From: Tubulanus polymorphus
Lineage: Eukaryota; Animalia; Nemertea
DNA length: 64,000 nt
Assembly (NCBI RefSeq): GCF_964204645.1
Contig: NC_134025.1
Span: 10,912,001 to 10,976,000 of the forward strand
Direction of reading: 5' to 3'
Shown here: positions 37,496 through 52,714 of the stretch, in pieces
Layout: each line of letters begins with the position of its first letter
Position numbering within the stretch: position 1 is the first letter of the stretch
Notes under the pieces: model-generated
Database searches by the model: none
Seen by the model: only the letters and a program-made list of their open reading frames with translations
Told to the model about the DNA's origin: nothing
Program-made: the position numbers and the translations under genes

Positions 37496-40400
37496 AATCG
37501 TATATTGGAAGTTTTCGCATTCTTAAAACCCGGTGACAACACTGGCTACGAAACGACGTTGTCGTCGGTCTTGGTAAAAATACAATTTCACTTTGTCGTA
37601 ATCTTTATTTTACGCCGCGGGTCAGGATGGAGTCTCGGGCGCGAGCTGCGGAATATCGAACGCCGGAGAAATTCCATAAATTTAATTGCTATGTTCATCG
37701 AAAGCGATATCTGTCGTGACAGCCATCGATTGGTTTTCTTAGGCCTTCCACGTTGCGCCCTCGGGCGTCGAATGGTTCGAATTGTAAGGCGAAAACATTA
37801 CGCGCCGCGGAAATAGGTGTAATGAATATAATGGACATCGATAGAGTTCGCGTTCGCTACGAAATAACATATTGGCTTCTCGTTGATCGGAGATCATCGG
37901 TTGTACTGTGTTTTATTTGATTTCGGATGTGCGGGTTTAATTGAGTCAAGATACGCAGATAATTCGGCTTCAGCTCGAGATGCAATTTCGTCTCTCGTTC
38001 GTCGAAGATTTTGTTAATGACCGAAATATACGTTGCGAAGATCCAACATGTTTTTTTCTTACGTGAGAATTAGATATTGCTTATTACCTCCAGAACGGTG
38101 TTATAAAGTATAGATGAACGATGTTTCCAAAGTCGAGTTTGATTTGTCTATATTTTATCTTATTTCTTCATACGGATATTGTAGAATGTTTAAAAAACCT
38201 GAGCTTTTATAATTCGACATCGGAATCTCAAAAGCTATTACATATATAGTCTGTCTCAATTCCAAATGGTAAATTGTTTGTCGGATTGCAAATGTTGGAA
38301 AGGTCAAGTTCAAATGGTTTAAATCTGAATTGGACACGTTGCAACTGCGAACTCCAACTCACTTTTTGAAAAGACGGAATTACTATTAGAAATAAATACT
38401 AATGTTTTTTTTGTGCGTGAAATGTAATGTCCTATCATTTCTCTATACCATCCGTCTCATGCCGTGTAGATTTATAGTAGAAAGAGTTAGCCAGATCGAA
38501 TGGACATCATCATTAGCAAAGAGTTTCGGAAGCACGGTAATCCCAGTCGGCCGAGCCTGATTCTTCCTAAAAAAAACTTATGAACTACGAGTAGGCGCCT
38601 ATATAACTCTCTTGGAACTGGGTCCTGGCGTGTAAAGAACAATTCTAGCTAATTATTTTAACAGAGGATGAATGCTGACTGAATTAAGGAAAGATTTCAC
38701 TATAATCGAATCAAAAGTTTTGCAACTACCCGGTATTATCGAGGCTGAGACGTTGTTTTTGTGAAATACTCATCCATTGACTGACTGATTTAAGAAGTCG
38801 ACTCGTTGATTATTTTCGCCCGGCAGGCCGTGTTCATTCTGCGCGCGTATACGTTGTTCAATTAGCCCAGTGGCGTGTACTTAGCAAAGCTGAAAAACTG
38901 CTCTTGTGTCACGTTTAAATGAATTTCGGTGAACTTTCTCTATGGATAAAATTTTCTTCAATTTAAATCTGATTTCGCAATGACGGCTGAGGCGAGCTTT
39001 GGCCGTAGGCGTCGACGCGCCGTGTGAAAATGACAGGTATCATTGATAGTAATTACACATTTCGCTTCGATACCAAACGTTAGTAACATACAACTTGTCA
39101 ATCTATGTTATTTCGTAGATTCTTGTTTCGTCGCGGTAAAGTCTGTTCGAAAAACTCTTCGACGACTCGACGACGACGGGAAGAACAAGAAAGAAAAATG
39201 AGGTTTGCTAGCGCGAACAGATGATGGGTTTAAATGATAATTCTGCGCATTAGCATATTATTGAAGACGGCAAAGCTTATATCGTTCGCAACAAATACAC
39301 GTCTGAAGTGACCTCGGAACCGTCGGATTTGACAAATATCGAAGTCGCTCATTAGAATTTTAAAACTTTTCCTGCATTAGATATCATCCCGAGACTGCGA
39401 TGGAATACAAAAATGGAGAGAATAATGAATTTTGACATTCGCTTTTTGCGAAATCTTAAAGAGAAAACAAACTTGTAGCTTTGAAAGACAATGAAATATT
39501 TATGTCAATTGATTGAAATGTACTTTTTTATCATCTCTTAATTTCCTTTGAAAAATATGTTTCGTCACGAGTAAAGGCGGTTTTGTATAATTTCATTCAC
39601 TATTCATTCAACAAAAAATATGTTTACAATCCGAGATATCGTCGCGGGAGGTTCCTTCATGTATACAAATATCGCAATTGAACTAAATTTGACTTACAAA
39701 TTCACTTCGTTGCAGGACTTTGTCCCGAGTAATACTGAAATGAGTGTGTATCAACGAATAGCTGATCTCAAGCGCGCTTTAGTAATCTCATTTTTTATCT
39801 CGGTTTTTCGTTTCTCGTCCAAAAATAACGGAAACTTTCGTATTTGCAGTCATGACCAGGCGGTGCTGCCATCTACAGTTCACGACTCGAACCAATTGAA
39901 AACGTTGCTCTGGATCTTTTTATGGACTGAAGAAAGATTCATCATATAGATTTACGAATGCAAAGAAGGAATTCGAGCAATTGAATTATTTTTCTCGAAA
40001 AACGAGATGGCAGCAGTCTTTATTGGTTTTTCCCCAGCTGCCTACATCAATATCTCTTGAATAAATCTAGACCCAACTATGATACTGTAGGTTTCAAATT
40101 TGAAAAATAAATCTGAAAATTGAATTGATCTCGCCGTAATAGGAACAAACCACGGAAATCGTGTTCATTGCCACTGCTCCGTACGCCGATCGCATCCATC
40201 AAGAATTGCGTAATCTGTCTTTGGTGGCATGATCGATGTCTTCGAGGAGCTGAGATTGTTCTCAAATCGTTGATTATAATGAGGACAAGTGCTCGCGAAT
40301 TCTTTATCTAAATAAAGCCCGTGATTAACTTCGAATCCTTGGTTGGATAATCATTAACTGTTTTACTATCCGCTATCTATCTATCTACCCTGGAGTAGTT

Positions 40401-41539
40401 GTTAGTCACTCATTCTCTCAATCGAGTTCTTCGCGGCTCAATCGTGTTTTCCTTAATCATTACTAAGGGCCAAGGTGCAAGACTTAATGACTTTACTCGA
40501 AAAGTGGTCCTAAATCTCAAAACCAAAATTGGCTTCACCTGGTCTTACGCCTTGGCTCTGCGGATATTTTCTAACGTTATATAAATGAAAACTAACTTAT
40601 TGTTAATTTATTGGAAAACTAAGTTATCAAACCAATTTGACCAAATCTAAATGGAACTGTTTTTTCCACACAAAAAAAGAATCTTTCAATATGAACTGTG
40701 TGGTCTCTTGCACTCCCACAGCCATTACAGATGAGTGTCGTATTGCCCAGTTGTTTTCAGTTTAGAAAAAAGTAAATTTCAAATTCGAATACGTGGAACT
40801 CTGTAATACGAGTCTGTAGTATAAAAAACGAAGGCCTTGAAAACGTTCTTCGAAAGTCTAGTGACGTTGAAATTAGCTTGCAAGTATAAAACAGTATCGC
40901 ATGTTCTACTTCTAGACAATCAAGGTTGAAGTTAGTAGATATTAAACTTTACAGACACGGAAATGCTGTGGCCCTTTATTTTGAAATTTCCATTCTTCAA
41001 GGGGTGAATTCTTGAAAACGTTTGTTTCCAGGAGTCCTCCGGGTGAAGTTGCATATTCTGAATTTAGTTGCCGTTCAAACTCTGTTCTCTAATTTTAACC
41101 GTCAATTGTTTAACAAGCTCGCTCCTTCCTGTATCAACCCAAACCAAAGCACACAGCTGCGGAACTGAATTCAGGGTGGTGATAAAACTGGCTGCTCGTG
41201 TTAAAACACGTTGGTTTGATGCGGAGTGATGGTCCTGCATCACCACCACTACTACACGGTGGCTTCAACTGCAACACCGCATGAGCAGTGATCACTGCTA
41301 TGCATAATTATATTAATTAGTGTGAAATTATTGCGCCTTTGATGGTCTTGCCGTCCTTTAGATAATAATGAAAACCGCTATTCGATTTCTTTTCTGCCTA
41401 GGAGACATCAGTGTCACAGACCAACTGAGACATTGAAATTATGGTACGATAAAATCGGGGACCTGCAATTCTTTTTTAATGGACTAAGATTAGGGATAGG
41501 AATCGACTCTCGAAACTTTGCCCATGAATTAAGATAAGG

Positions 41540-41784
41540 CAGGGGCGGATCCAAGGGGAAGGTGCAGGGGGTGCGCACCCTCTAAAATGTCAAGTTGCCC
41601 TGCAATTCCACCAGAAAATGAATAAAAAAAACTGTTACCTAAAAAAGTTTGAACTCATGAGCTAGTCGACTGTATTTTCAAAGATTAATGTTTTGTGATG
41701 AGCTTTCTATCGGGGTGCCCTTCTCTGTGATGTGCCCTATTTTGGGGGTGCACCCCTCCCTGAATCAGACCCTAGACCCCCCTG
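41540..41784. mobile_element. hAT-like MITE
   Basis: CAGGGGCGGATCCAAGG...GGGGGTGCGCACCC ... GGGGGTGCACCCC...CTAGACCCCCCTG. Confidence 0.55.
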
Positions 41785-44091
41785 CAGTCTTGAGAGTCCG
41801 AATCCTTTTTCAATCACGCAAATTTTGCATCCTTTCGTCTGATATACGATAAGATATATAACTCTATTTCCCCGGACTAAGGGGATAAACGAGATACAGA
41901 ACACCACCTGGCGAGTCAATACTACTCACTCACCAGAGATCCAGTCCTAGTATCCGACTAAACCAAAATCTCTACACTTTTTAATCGCTTCTTGTTAGAT
42001 TTGTCAATTTAAACTCGAAAGATTTTTATACGAAGAAACCGATAGTGGACGCCGTGTCATCTTTCTGAATTCGTTACCAAACAGGAAAATATACGTGTTG
42101 ATTTTTCATCTGTCTCATATCAAACCTGCCTGTCCTCCGGTGAGAGAAGACTTCTTCCCTGATCCTTTCCTGGTGGTATATTTTTCTTGACTTTTATTTC
42201 GAGAGGAGCGTAATTCTACTTTAAAGACCATCGGCTGCACATATCAGTCGGTAATGGCCGTCCTGCGTTACGTCGGGGGTGATTTATTAATGACTACGTG
42301 TCATGGCAAGGACTGTCTAATTCTCCCTAATCATTCCTATCTCATTCAAAACAGCCTCGTCGCCGTGGCTTTAACCATCACCCTGGGTGTACGACGTCGC
42401 TTCGCATCCAGGCGTTTGAATATCGATTCCTTTATTTGCGCTAACTTATGTCCATTTAAGTTTGAATTTTTTCGAAAAATTGGCTTTGTCAGTCGTGGAT
42501 GATGTATGGGCTCGAATTCCAGCTCATTTAGCATGAGGTTTGCTGCGCGCTCCCACTTCTAAACCGGCTATTATTTAACGTGAATTACCGTTGGAGTTGA
42601 CAGTAAGAACTCTAAATCGAATACTCGCTGGAGTTCTGGTAGATTTAACTGCTTAGGTCACTGCGTAACGAAAAACGCAAACGACAGTATAGGCCACGAC
42701 GACGCGCGGAGAATTTACGGCATTTAAATTTACGAGGCATGCGTAGTTTAATGGGATCGACGCAGGACAGTGAAATCGTGCGAGGAATGGTAGACACAAA
42801 TGAATGGCTAAGCCAATGTAATTACTCAAGTTTCCAATGAAATAAAACTTGTCTTTGAACTTAATGGGCTGTTGGCTGGAATTTTGAGCGATCTCTCAGG
42901 AGAAAGTATCTGAACGGAACTTCGAGTTATTAGATTTTGTGCGCTAGCGATGTTTATTGCTTTGTTTTTTTCGATATTCATCATCTCGGTCGGCGCACCG
43001 AGCTAGTTTTATCAAAAATGCCGTATAGATATCAATGCGAAATAAAGAAAAGTGGTGATACAGCAGTTGTCCTCTTTTTATCTGGGGTCTGTTTCAACCA
43101 AATATCTATTGTGGCCAATCAAGGATTCCACCTACTGTTCCTAATATCTGTGCATGTACATCGTGTGAAAAAGTGGCTCCTGTCAAAAAGAATGGATATC
43201 TATAAATTATTCTTATGCTTTTGGGTTTAAAAATGAACTTTTAACTCCAAAAGTCACCGGAATAGGCTCTGATAAATAAAAGGTTTATTTTCAAAGTAAA
43301 GTAGCAAAGATGATTCCCATTTATGTTTCGGTTTTTTGTACACGAAAAAGCTGTATTTTATAAGTTCCGGAGGCCGAAGTTGTAAACTGAAATATCAAAA
43401 GCAACCTGACTTTTTAAGAAGCTAACTTGTTCAGCCGTTTTGCTCTTCGGGTATTTCACATAATGTGAGATGTATTTTTTCATATTTCGAATGGAATACG
43501 ATAAAAAATGCCAGTTGATTTCTAAATGTCATCTCCAATTTACGTTTTCATAAATCGGGGCCGGTTTTTCTTCTAACCATTGCTCACAGTCGACCGTATA
43601 CGTACGATCGGTCATAGAAAACAACGTCATCGATAAGACATTACCATATAGGTCGCGCGAGATCAACTCGTTCCAAAGACCTATGATTGATATGTGGTAC
43701 GTTTGTTTTTTTTTTGGTTTTCGGTCGATGAAATTACGGAACGAATGAATGAAGCCAGGAACGAGCGCGATCGAGACCAAGCGCGGGATCGCCTATCGTC
43801 GTAAAATATCGGGCGGCCTATTTGTCAAAGCGTCATATAAAGCTGACGTTCACGCTCTCTTATTGCCGTATAGAACGGGAATCGTCTTAGCTATTGCTGC
43901 TGCCGCTGCTGCTGCTGTCGCTGATGAGTCTAGCAGTCGTAGTAGAATACTATGATATACGTCGACGTCGGTAGGGTATACAGTTCGGTATCTATCTCCG
44001 GAGACAGCGAACTAACTCTCTCGTACGTTTTCGTTTTCTGCGGTGTGTGCCGAATTGATATAGTTGACAGCGACGTCGCGTCTTTAAGTGT

Positions 44092-44333
<242 letters not shown>

Positions 44334-44659
44334 GCGTTTTCAACGGTAGGAAAAAGGTCGCCACGACGTGGAGTGAATTCCGATGGAATCGACGAAAATA
44401 GCGTGTGTATGTGTATTCTATGCATCTAATAGCGACCCAACACACCGGCTCTCCCTCGAGATGGCACCTCTAAATTAGTTAATTTTTATTCCACTTTCAT
44501 CCCTCGCATCCAACATCCAAAGATTGATCAGGCTTTTTATTTACCACAATTTTATTCATTCCATTTCATTCCTTTAATTACACCATTGAATTGTGTGGAT
44601 CATTTCAGTTTAGGGAATCCAGAAATTCTACTGTGGCAAGCGAGGCTACGCTAGGTGTG

Positions 44660-44848
44660 TTAGTAATTGGGGATGAGTACCATTTTGTTCTAGAATGCCC
44701 TTTCCTTCAGAATCTTCGCACCCGGTTCATTAACCCATACTTAAGAATACGACCAAGTGCCTTCAAATTGATACAATTATTGAATTCTAAGGGTAAACAG
44801 CTCTGTAACCTGGCTCGCTTTATACAGCAAAGGTCAAAGTTTCTTTGA
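44660..44848 (+). mobile_element. 5'-truncated non-LTR retrotransposon remnant (ORF2 C-terminus)
   Basis: IGDEYHFVLECPFLQNLRTRFINPYLRIRPSAFKLIQLLNS...LCNLARFI matches the tail of the CCHC-type C-terminal motif typical of invertebrate LINE ORF2 proteins. Confidence 0.7.
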
Positions 44849-47800
44849 CTTATATCAAATATGTACTGTTCAATGTCCGCCTTAAACTATTGTTAATTGA
44901 TTGATTAGTATTCATGTATTTCTTCTCAAACTGTGTTTGTATGAATGTATGAATTGTTTGTTACTGCATGCATACGTATATCATGTATGAACCTGTTTTT
45001 TGTGCTCTGTCCAATATTCGCGCGTAGAGCTTATGTATCACAGGTGACGAAAAAGTGCGAGCGAACAGCGCACCTTCCTAGACGTACTGAGACGATATAT
45101 GAAAATGTGTCAATAGTTAGCGGTGTATTGATATTTCTCTTGATATCCAATAGCTTCTACTTATAAGGGGAAGGACCCCGGACTCTAACTGGTACATTGG
45201 ACTTTAGTAGAATAGTATATATACTTAATAAATAAAAGTTCCAATAATAATATCGGTATCTATACACAATGCTTAGCCAATTTTCCTCGACAGCGAGAGA
45301 ACAGTTAGGATGGTCACTAGGACACTGTCTGAAGTGGTTATCCCTGATACGTACCAACAATTAATAAAGACCACCGGATGGATATTAGTTTTTGCAACCC
45401 CAGAAATGTTGTGGCCCTTCCGTTTTAATCCTATATGAATTTTTGCTGATACCCAATCGTTTAACATGCTTAGGTTTATACATATTTTGTGTCCCTTAGA
45501 ATCATTCAAATGAAATAGCGGGCGGACACGAATCAAACACGTACCTGTGTCTGGCGCTCGCGACTTGCCAAGACTTTCACATCATTTCACTTCTTATTCA
45601 TCGCAGCTTAGTCATAGTACGCAAGGGGCGGGGGTCACGGACATTGCTGCTACAACCTTCAGCTCGTGTGTTTTCTGTCGTCGATTCTTTCACTCGAGGT
45701 GATTTGCGTTACATTAAGCGTCGGTTAGATAATTTAATTTAGATAAATGCACGGCATTAAGTTGAAACAATTTATCAAAACTTCTGGCAGGTGTCGTACG
45801 GCTGATGTCCAATTATATCGTGACATGATTATAAATTTGCCGAAATTACCGAACTTCTGGACAATGCGTCAGTTTTTGACGTCGCGCTATCGTGAAATTC
45901 AAATTTTGAACGCGATTGGTACGTGGCTGGCGATGTTGATTTGCGTAGTAATCATAATCATCATAATTATCTAGAATCGTCTGAATTTTTATATCCGTCT
46001 GGCTAATTAGACCGTTTGGGCTAAACTTTCGTTATTCGCAGAAAGATAACACTGATGAAACTTATAAATCGTTAAGGCGTTCTGTGAAACAGGTCCTGCA
46101 TAAGCTTGAAGACGTACAGACATGCAAAGGCGCAGTGTCATTTAATATGGCCAAGGTGTATTACGCAAGACATGTTTGGAAATTATGTTAGTATCTAAAA
46201 CTTGCTACGCATGTGAATGTAAACTTTTCCTCGAAGCTAGTGCAGGGCTGATACTATGTTGATATTACATCAGAATTATATAAGGCTATCTAACCGCTGA
46301 CACGACTGGGGAGTGTTGTGAGGCGGGGATTTGGTACATTTTAGTGTTAAGTACTAAGTTGAATGAGGGAGGAGAATACTATATCTCTCTATATGTTTTC
46401 TATCCCGGATTGTCGTGGGTTCGGAAATCGTATCATAGACCAATTTCTATGATCTATGATTCAAAATCGAATTCAAATTCAAAAACTTTATTCAGCATAA
46501 ACATGGAAATATGATGTGTAGACGAATTAAGTTTTTCGATCACCAGATGTTTTACTCCACTCCACTGAACTGCCCCCACGCAAAAACTTCTTCTTATGTA
46601 GGCAATTTGGCAAATTCAGAATCAGATGTGAAATACAAATTGCATTCCTTGATAAAGAAACCCTTCGTCGGAAAGCGCCATCGATGTCAACAACGACATT
46701 TCGGATACCAGGACAACTCTCATCCTTTTTACAAAAGCAAACTAATCAACGTGCCGGAGAAACAACATATAATGACACCAAAAAACGTCTTATCAAATCA
46801 AATCAAATCAGATCAAATCAAATTAAATCAAAACAATCAATCTATTGAAACAGTCAACCCTATTTCAAGATGAATAATGCTCTAATCCAAGATATGCTAT
46901 ACGTAATCAAGGCAATCTAAACTGTAAGGTTAAGGCAAAAAGTAAACAATTCTTACTTGGCATCCGGATGGACCCTGTTCCGATGATGAAATTTTTCAAA
47001 AACTTCTTCCCTCGACGTTAAAAACCAGTTTTAAATCTCGATCGAACGTTGATTAAATAAAACTTAATTAATCAGAAAACGTTGCTGTAAACAAGAAATT
47101 GATGCGCGTCGGGGGCCGTTCTGAAAAATTTCAATTGATTGAACTTTACAAATAGCAATTTATTACGGTTTTTCATGGCTGTTTTGCGCTGGAACTCGAC
47201 GTGCGCAGCGATCGCTTGTGTATGGAGCTGGCGATGATTTGTGTTTGCTGTAATTATCTTGGCACCGTCTGAATCTTGACCCATAGAATTTTAAGTAGTT
47301 TCAAAGCCATTAGGAATGTGAAATAGCTTTCATCTCGCGACGCGATGTTTTATGTCGTCAGCGCTCCTCCGACACGATGGTACGGTGTATATATACCGAC
47401 TGTCTTCAAGACCCTGGTCAATTGGATTTTTAAACTGCTCATTTGGGAGTCTGGTAATCGAAAGAAACTTTTTACTGCGTCGGTTCGAGTCGAAAATGGA
47501 AAATTCCAATGTGCATAAAACATTTAACTGAAATTTACACTGGCAACGCTTCCAATAGCAGCGATACTTATGATAGGGTTTATTGAATGGATTGGATGAG
47601 CAGTTCGTCAAAAAACCTGTTAAGTCTTTCTCTTGTTACGTGTTCTGAAAGAACGAAGGTCGCGAATTGAATGTCATTCATCATTTGCATAATTTGTTTT
47701 TCATCGGCATGAATTGTTATACAGTACTTTTTGTCATCATATTTAAAGTCAAATGTCAAAAGATTGAAAATTAAAAAGTGATCATTTAACAAACAGCAAG

Positions 47801-48081
47801 GTTGATCCATTAGTGTTGATCAGTAATGACTGATCAGAAAATTGGATAGGTAAGCATCGGACATTAACGCTTGAAAATTGGATTTAAAAAGTTTAAAACG
47901 TCATTCCACAATTTCCTTGCATGTTGTCGTTGAACCAAATAAGAATTGAAATCAGCATAGTCGGCGCTTTTTTAATCGGATTGATCCCATTGTTTTACGA
48001 TCATTGATCGACAATCACATACGATTTATTCTTCAGATCAGCATTGTACGTAGCTGTAGTATCGTTTTCGATGAATCGTGT

Positions 48082-48086
<5 letters not shown>

Positions 48087-48147
<61 letters not shown>

Positions 48148-48156
48148 TGTCTCTCT
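48087..48156. repeat. (CT)n microsatellite
   Basis: CT run with a few GT interruptions. Confidence 0.97.
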
Positions 48157-51100
48157 GTTGTATTGATCGGATAATGAGACTCTTGCGCTAATTCATCGTA
48201 ATTAACCTTTCTCTAATCACTTTCTACGGCGTTGCTAAGGAACATTCTTACGTTCACATTCTGCTATATTGCAAAACGACTGCTGATGTTTTAATTACTA
48301 GCTTGGTACTGATGGCAAGAATCTAAGGAGTCATTCAATTTTTGGTTGCTTATATGATATGATATTATTACCTTGGCAAGGTAGGTGGGCATTTTCATCC
48401 TTTCATTTTTAAATACGCATATCTATGACGTCAATTTCCTACTCTACTACTGTATCAGCAATTCAAGATACAATAACGAAATATAACAATATAGATTCAA
48501 TACATATTTCAATTTGTATCGGAATTGAATGCTAGCCAACGAACAGTCTTCTCCGTCCTGGTCTTTTTCTTTCGTCGTTGGATTAGAAGCCCTGATACAC
48601 GAGAATGGTGTTTTTAGTTGCAGGAATAAAAACATTTTTACGTTTTGAAGTTTGTGTTGTGTAATGGCTGCGTTGAGTCATATAGCATAAGTTAAATATA
48701 ATTTGTAAATAAGATTGTTCTGTATTTTCTTGGGATTGTCAGCAACGACAGATAGATTTCGGTGGCTTGGCAATACACTGTAATCTGCTGCCACCTTCTG
48801 GCGAAAGTTCTGACCATTTTCATCGTGTAGAACACTGACTCAAAGGCGGTATTGAAAACAATGCCTTTTACGAACTGCGAGATTTTTTGGCAGTAGAAGA
48901 AATAGACTATTTAATGAAATATTTAAAGGAAAACGTTTGAAAGCCACCAAGAAGGTTTCCATTTTTATATCGCGTAAAAGGGAGAATTGTTCAAGTTACG
49001 ATGATACACGTAAAGAAAAAAGAATTTAAATGCTTTTATCTTGAGAATCTTATATATTGAATTACCGGTTTAAAAAGTCTTTTTACTTACGACGCTGAGG
49101 ATATAAACTCCTGTATCCTATTATAAAAACTGAATTTTCTTCACGAGTCTGTTATACTCGGGTTACTTAAGTTTCTTTTCGACCAACAGAATACAACCAG
49201 TGTGTCGGGGCCTACTCATAACGAACCCGGGGTCTTAGGTTTCATTCCGCGAAAATCCGCCCAAGACCTTGTAAATATCAAGGAACGTAATACAAGTACT
49301 TTGATGGAGCTTAACATTTTTGAAATGTAGTTACGTAGGAGAAAAACTTAGCCACTCAAACTACGGCGTTTTCTGATAAACTACCAAACGTTCATACAAT
49401 GACTAGTCTAAATGCGTAGTCTTTATGAATTTTTGGTAATGCATGCATAGATAAAACTGATTCTATTCTATTCGCTCGAATTTCATACTTCTACTACATA
49501 ATAACATCTATTTAACAAAACGTTCACCTACATAGTGCAGGGCATTCAACAAATGTGGTGGTTTAATTGAAAAAATAAGATGATATGATGTTTTGAATCT
49601 AAATTGAACTTGAATGATTAAGGATCATTGAGACAATTTTGTTCGATTCTTAGATCTTAGTGCATTTTGCGGGGAGAGGAATGAAAAATCGATAGTTTCA
49701 TAATGTATTGAATTGTGTGAAATTTCATCGCCATCGCCGCTCTGCTTCCCGCGTGCTGTCGCATTGACCAAGTGGTCTTGAGATCTTTCCATCGCAGCTG
49801 ATAAAATTCATCGTCTCGGCGCGCGCGGAAGAAGATTTCCATTATATTTTGACAGCCGTCGGTTCTCACACCAATTTTCAATTTCCTTCAAACGTCATTG
49901 ACCACGTTCCATTTTTCAAAGTAGCAGCACTTGACTGCGTGCGTTTGTTCCCGCGCCTAGTGAAGACGTGACTGACTGATTACTTTACGGGCGCGAGAAG
50001 ACAATGAAGATATCCTGTAATTATTGAAGATTTATTTTAGAGTCAAAAATCATTACTTAAGAATTCGCTCGAAACGCACCGCATGATAACCCATCTTCCC
50101 TCGCGGTGGATTTGTGCGCTGTGGCTGAGTCGTCTGCCATTGGGTTCGAATCTCTGCCAAGCGAGGATGCCGATCGGACGATGGTTTATAGCTTTCGCCT
50201 AGCCACCTGTCCCGGTAAAAAATCTTTGAAATATCACAAAAATATGTCACTAATGTTGTGAAATCTGTTGTATCTTATTCAAAATCAAAAATTCCAGTTG
50301 AAAATTCCGCCTCATTCCCAACAACTCAGGACATATTCAAATTCAAAATGTGTCAGTCGGTATAGACCCTGGCACTTACATTCATGATGACCGCGGGCCA
50401 TAAGCTGACTTGAATTTTCCATTACGACTTTGATTAATTAAGTACCGATGTTTTGACCATCAGTCGTAGGAAGGCAATGACTGCAGGCATCCACGTGCAG
50501 ATGTATTCTTAGCAATCATCAGCCACCGATTCAATTAGTTATGATGATAGGCTATACGAAGAATGTTATTTTATATTGTCGTCATTATTGTAATGTCGAG
50601 AATAGGCTCAGTTTCAAAATTTATCGCGACACAATAAGTTGTGACTTCAGCATAGAACAAGTTTCAGTGAAAGTTAAGCTCCTTTATCATCAACTCCCTT
50701 TGTTTAACATCTTCGAAGATTCACATCTTTGATCATGGCTAAATATGACGAGAATAAAAACCCTGATTTGATCATTTTGGGTTCTAGGGTCATGATGTCC
50801 TTGGACCATCGACTGGGCCCGGGCCTTTGCTGTGATAGCATAATCCCTTAGGATAAGAATTCTATAGAATTCTGACCAATTGAAAATTGAATATTTTCTC
50901 AACTGAATTATGTAGCCTATATAGATCAATCCGACACGCAGGCTTTGTTTTTTGGGGTTTTTGGGCAGGAAAACTTGATACTGCTTCCATATTCGCGATG
51001 CAAATATTACCAGTTTTTTTCTCACGGTTCGGCATACAAAAAAAGTTTTCTCGCACAACTTAATCTGAGGTTATCGCAGAAGTCGCCGATTTTTTGTTTT

Positions 51101-52598
51101 CTAATAGGAGCAACATAACGATGAAAATAATGGTGAAGCGAAACATGATGCGCGAGGATATGATGAAGAGCTTGGTGTTTATGCTGTCATTTTGTCATAA
51201 AATTGTCATCTGTTATCTTAGAGCTCGCCCTTGTGTGGACTTACACTTGACAGTAATTCAATCCGGACAGCCGAATTTGTGCGGCTCAGATCCATCCTCC
51301 GGTTACTTTCCGAGGAAAAAAGTTCAGGTTGCCGACGTCTTGTTAGGTGTGCGCGTTTTGAAGTATCCGATGGCAGTTTTTATCGGCAAAGCGGGAATTG
51401 TGCGTTATTTTTTTCAGGTATTTATGTAACAATTAAGCCCAGCGTGCGAACATCAAATGGCAGAGACAAAAATGTTTGGGCGATGTAAGCATCGATTCGG
51501 TATGCAACCTAATACTCGCTGTACATTTTTGCCAAACAACTCAACAGTAATGGATGATACTCTTCGATATCATGATTTCAAAAATGGTGGGAAGCACACG
51601 ACTGTAGATGTTGGTTTCACTGGCATTTTCGCAAATTTACTTTTGTAACAATCCGTAATACAAAAACAAACGGTGGTAAACGTTTTTGTTTCGCATTTTT
51701 CTCTCGTGCTCATTTGCGATATGGGGCGTATAAGTTAATTTCTATTAGCTCAGATGATAACACTACATTTTAGAATGCAAACTAGTTTCAGATTTCGTCT
51801 TCAAATTGTGTTCGTGTTTCTTAACCTATACTCTCTAATGCAAATACGTGTACGATGTACGCATGAAACTGTTTTCGTGCTCTGTGCTACTGTATTTTGT
51901 GTAGAACAATAAACTTTAATGTAATTGTAACTTGGAATAGATAATGTTATTCATTGATTTCGATGAAATATAGTATTGACCGCTTTGTAAATGGACCCAT
52001 CGGCCATATAAAATTCCTCAGTTGCCTTGTGCGCGTCGTTTAAAGGAAATTATGCGCATGGCTTGCTTCGACAACTCTGCTTTCTCTCATCCCGTCTCAT
52101 TAAAAACGTTTTCGGTTTTTCCGTATCGCCGCCCGAAACGTTCGGTCGAAATGGTATCGAAATCGCTCAGGCCTGAAAGTGGAATCTCGGTAGCCGTGTA
52201 GACTTCCGCCTCGGTCATTAAAACGTCGACGTGGCTGCATGTAATCTGTTTGAACGATAAGGCGCGCGACCGGTGCTGCGTTTAATTGCTCCACTTTCCG
52301 CATCGGTGACTTGCACCAGCGAGGCAGAATAGTTTCGACCGAGCTGGACCGAGATATATGAAAATTATCAAGTGGCAGAGATAGAACCTTAACAGTTGAG
52401 AATGTGATGGGCTTCAATGACATCTATATTTGTATAAACTTGTATCTTATATATAGATTCCATATCTTCTCTGGTCTCACCCCTGTGGGTTGAGGGCATT
52501 AAAAAACCGTATCATACATTATACGATATATCAGACATTTTAGAAGACGAGGCTTTCACTTTAAGGAAAGGCGTATGTCATATAGGGAGGATAAAAAG

Positions 52599-52714
52599 CT
52601 GGGGCTTGGTTTATAGACCGGTATACTACCTTTGACCCGTGGGTTAACTTAATTGTTTTTCAATTCAGTCAGCCCCGGGTTAAAGGTAATACCGGTCTAT
52701 AAAATCAGCCCCAG
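52599..52714. mobile_element. Palindromic Harbinger-type MITE
   Basis: CTGGGGCTTGGTTTATAGACCGGTAT..ACCTTTGACCCG / CGGGTTAAAGGTAATACCGGTCTATAAAATCAGCCCCAG. Confidence 0.65.
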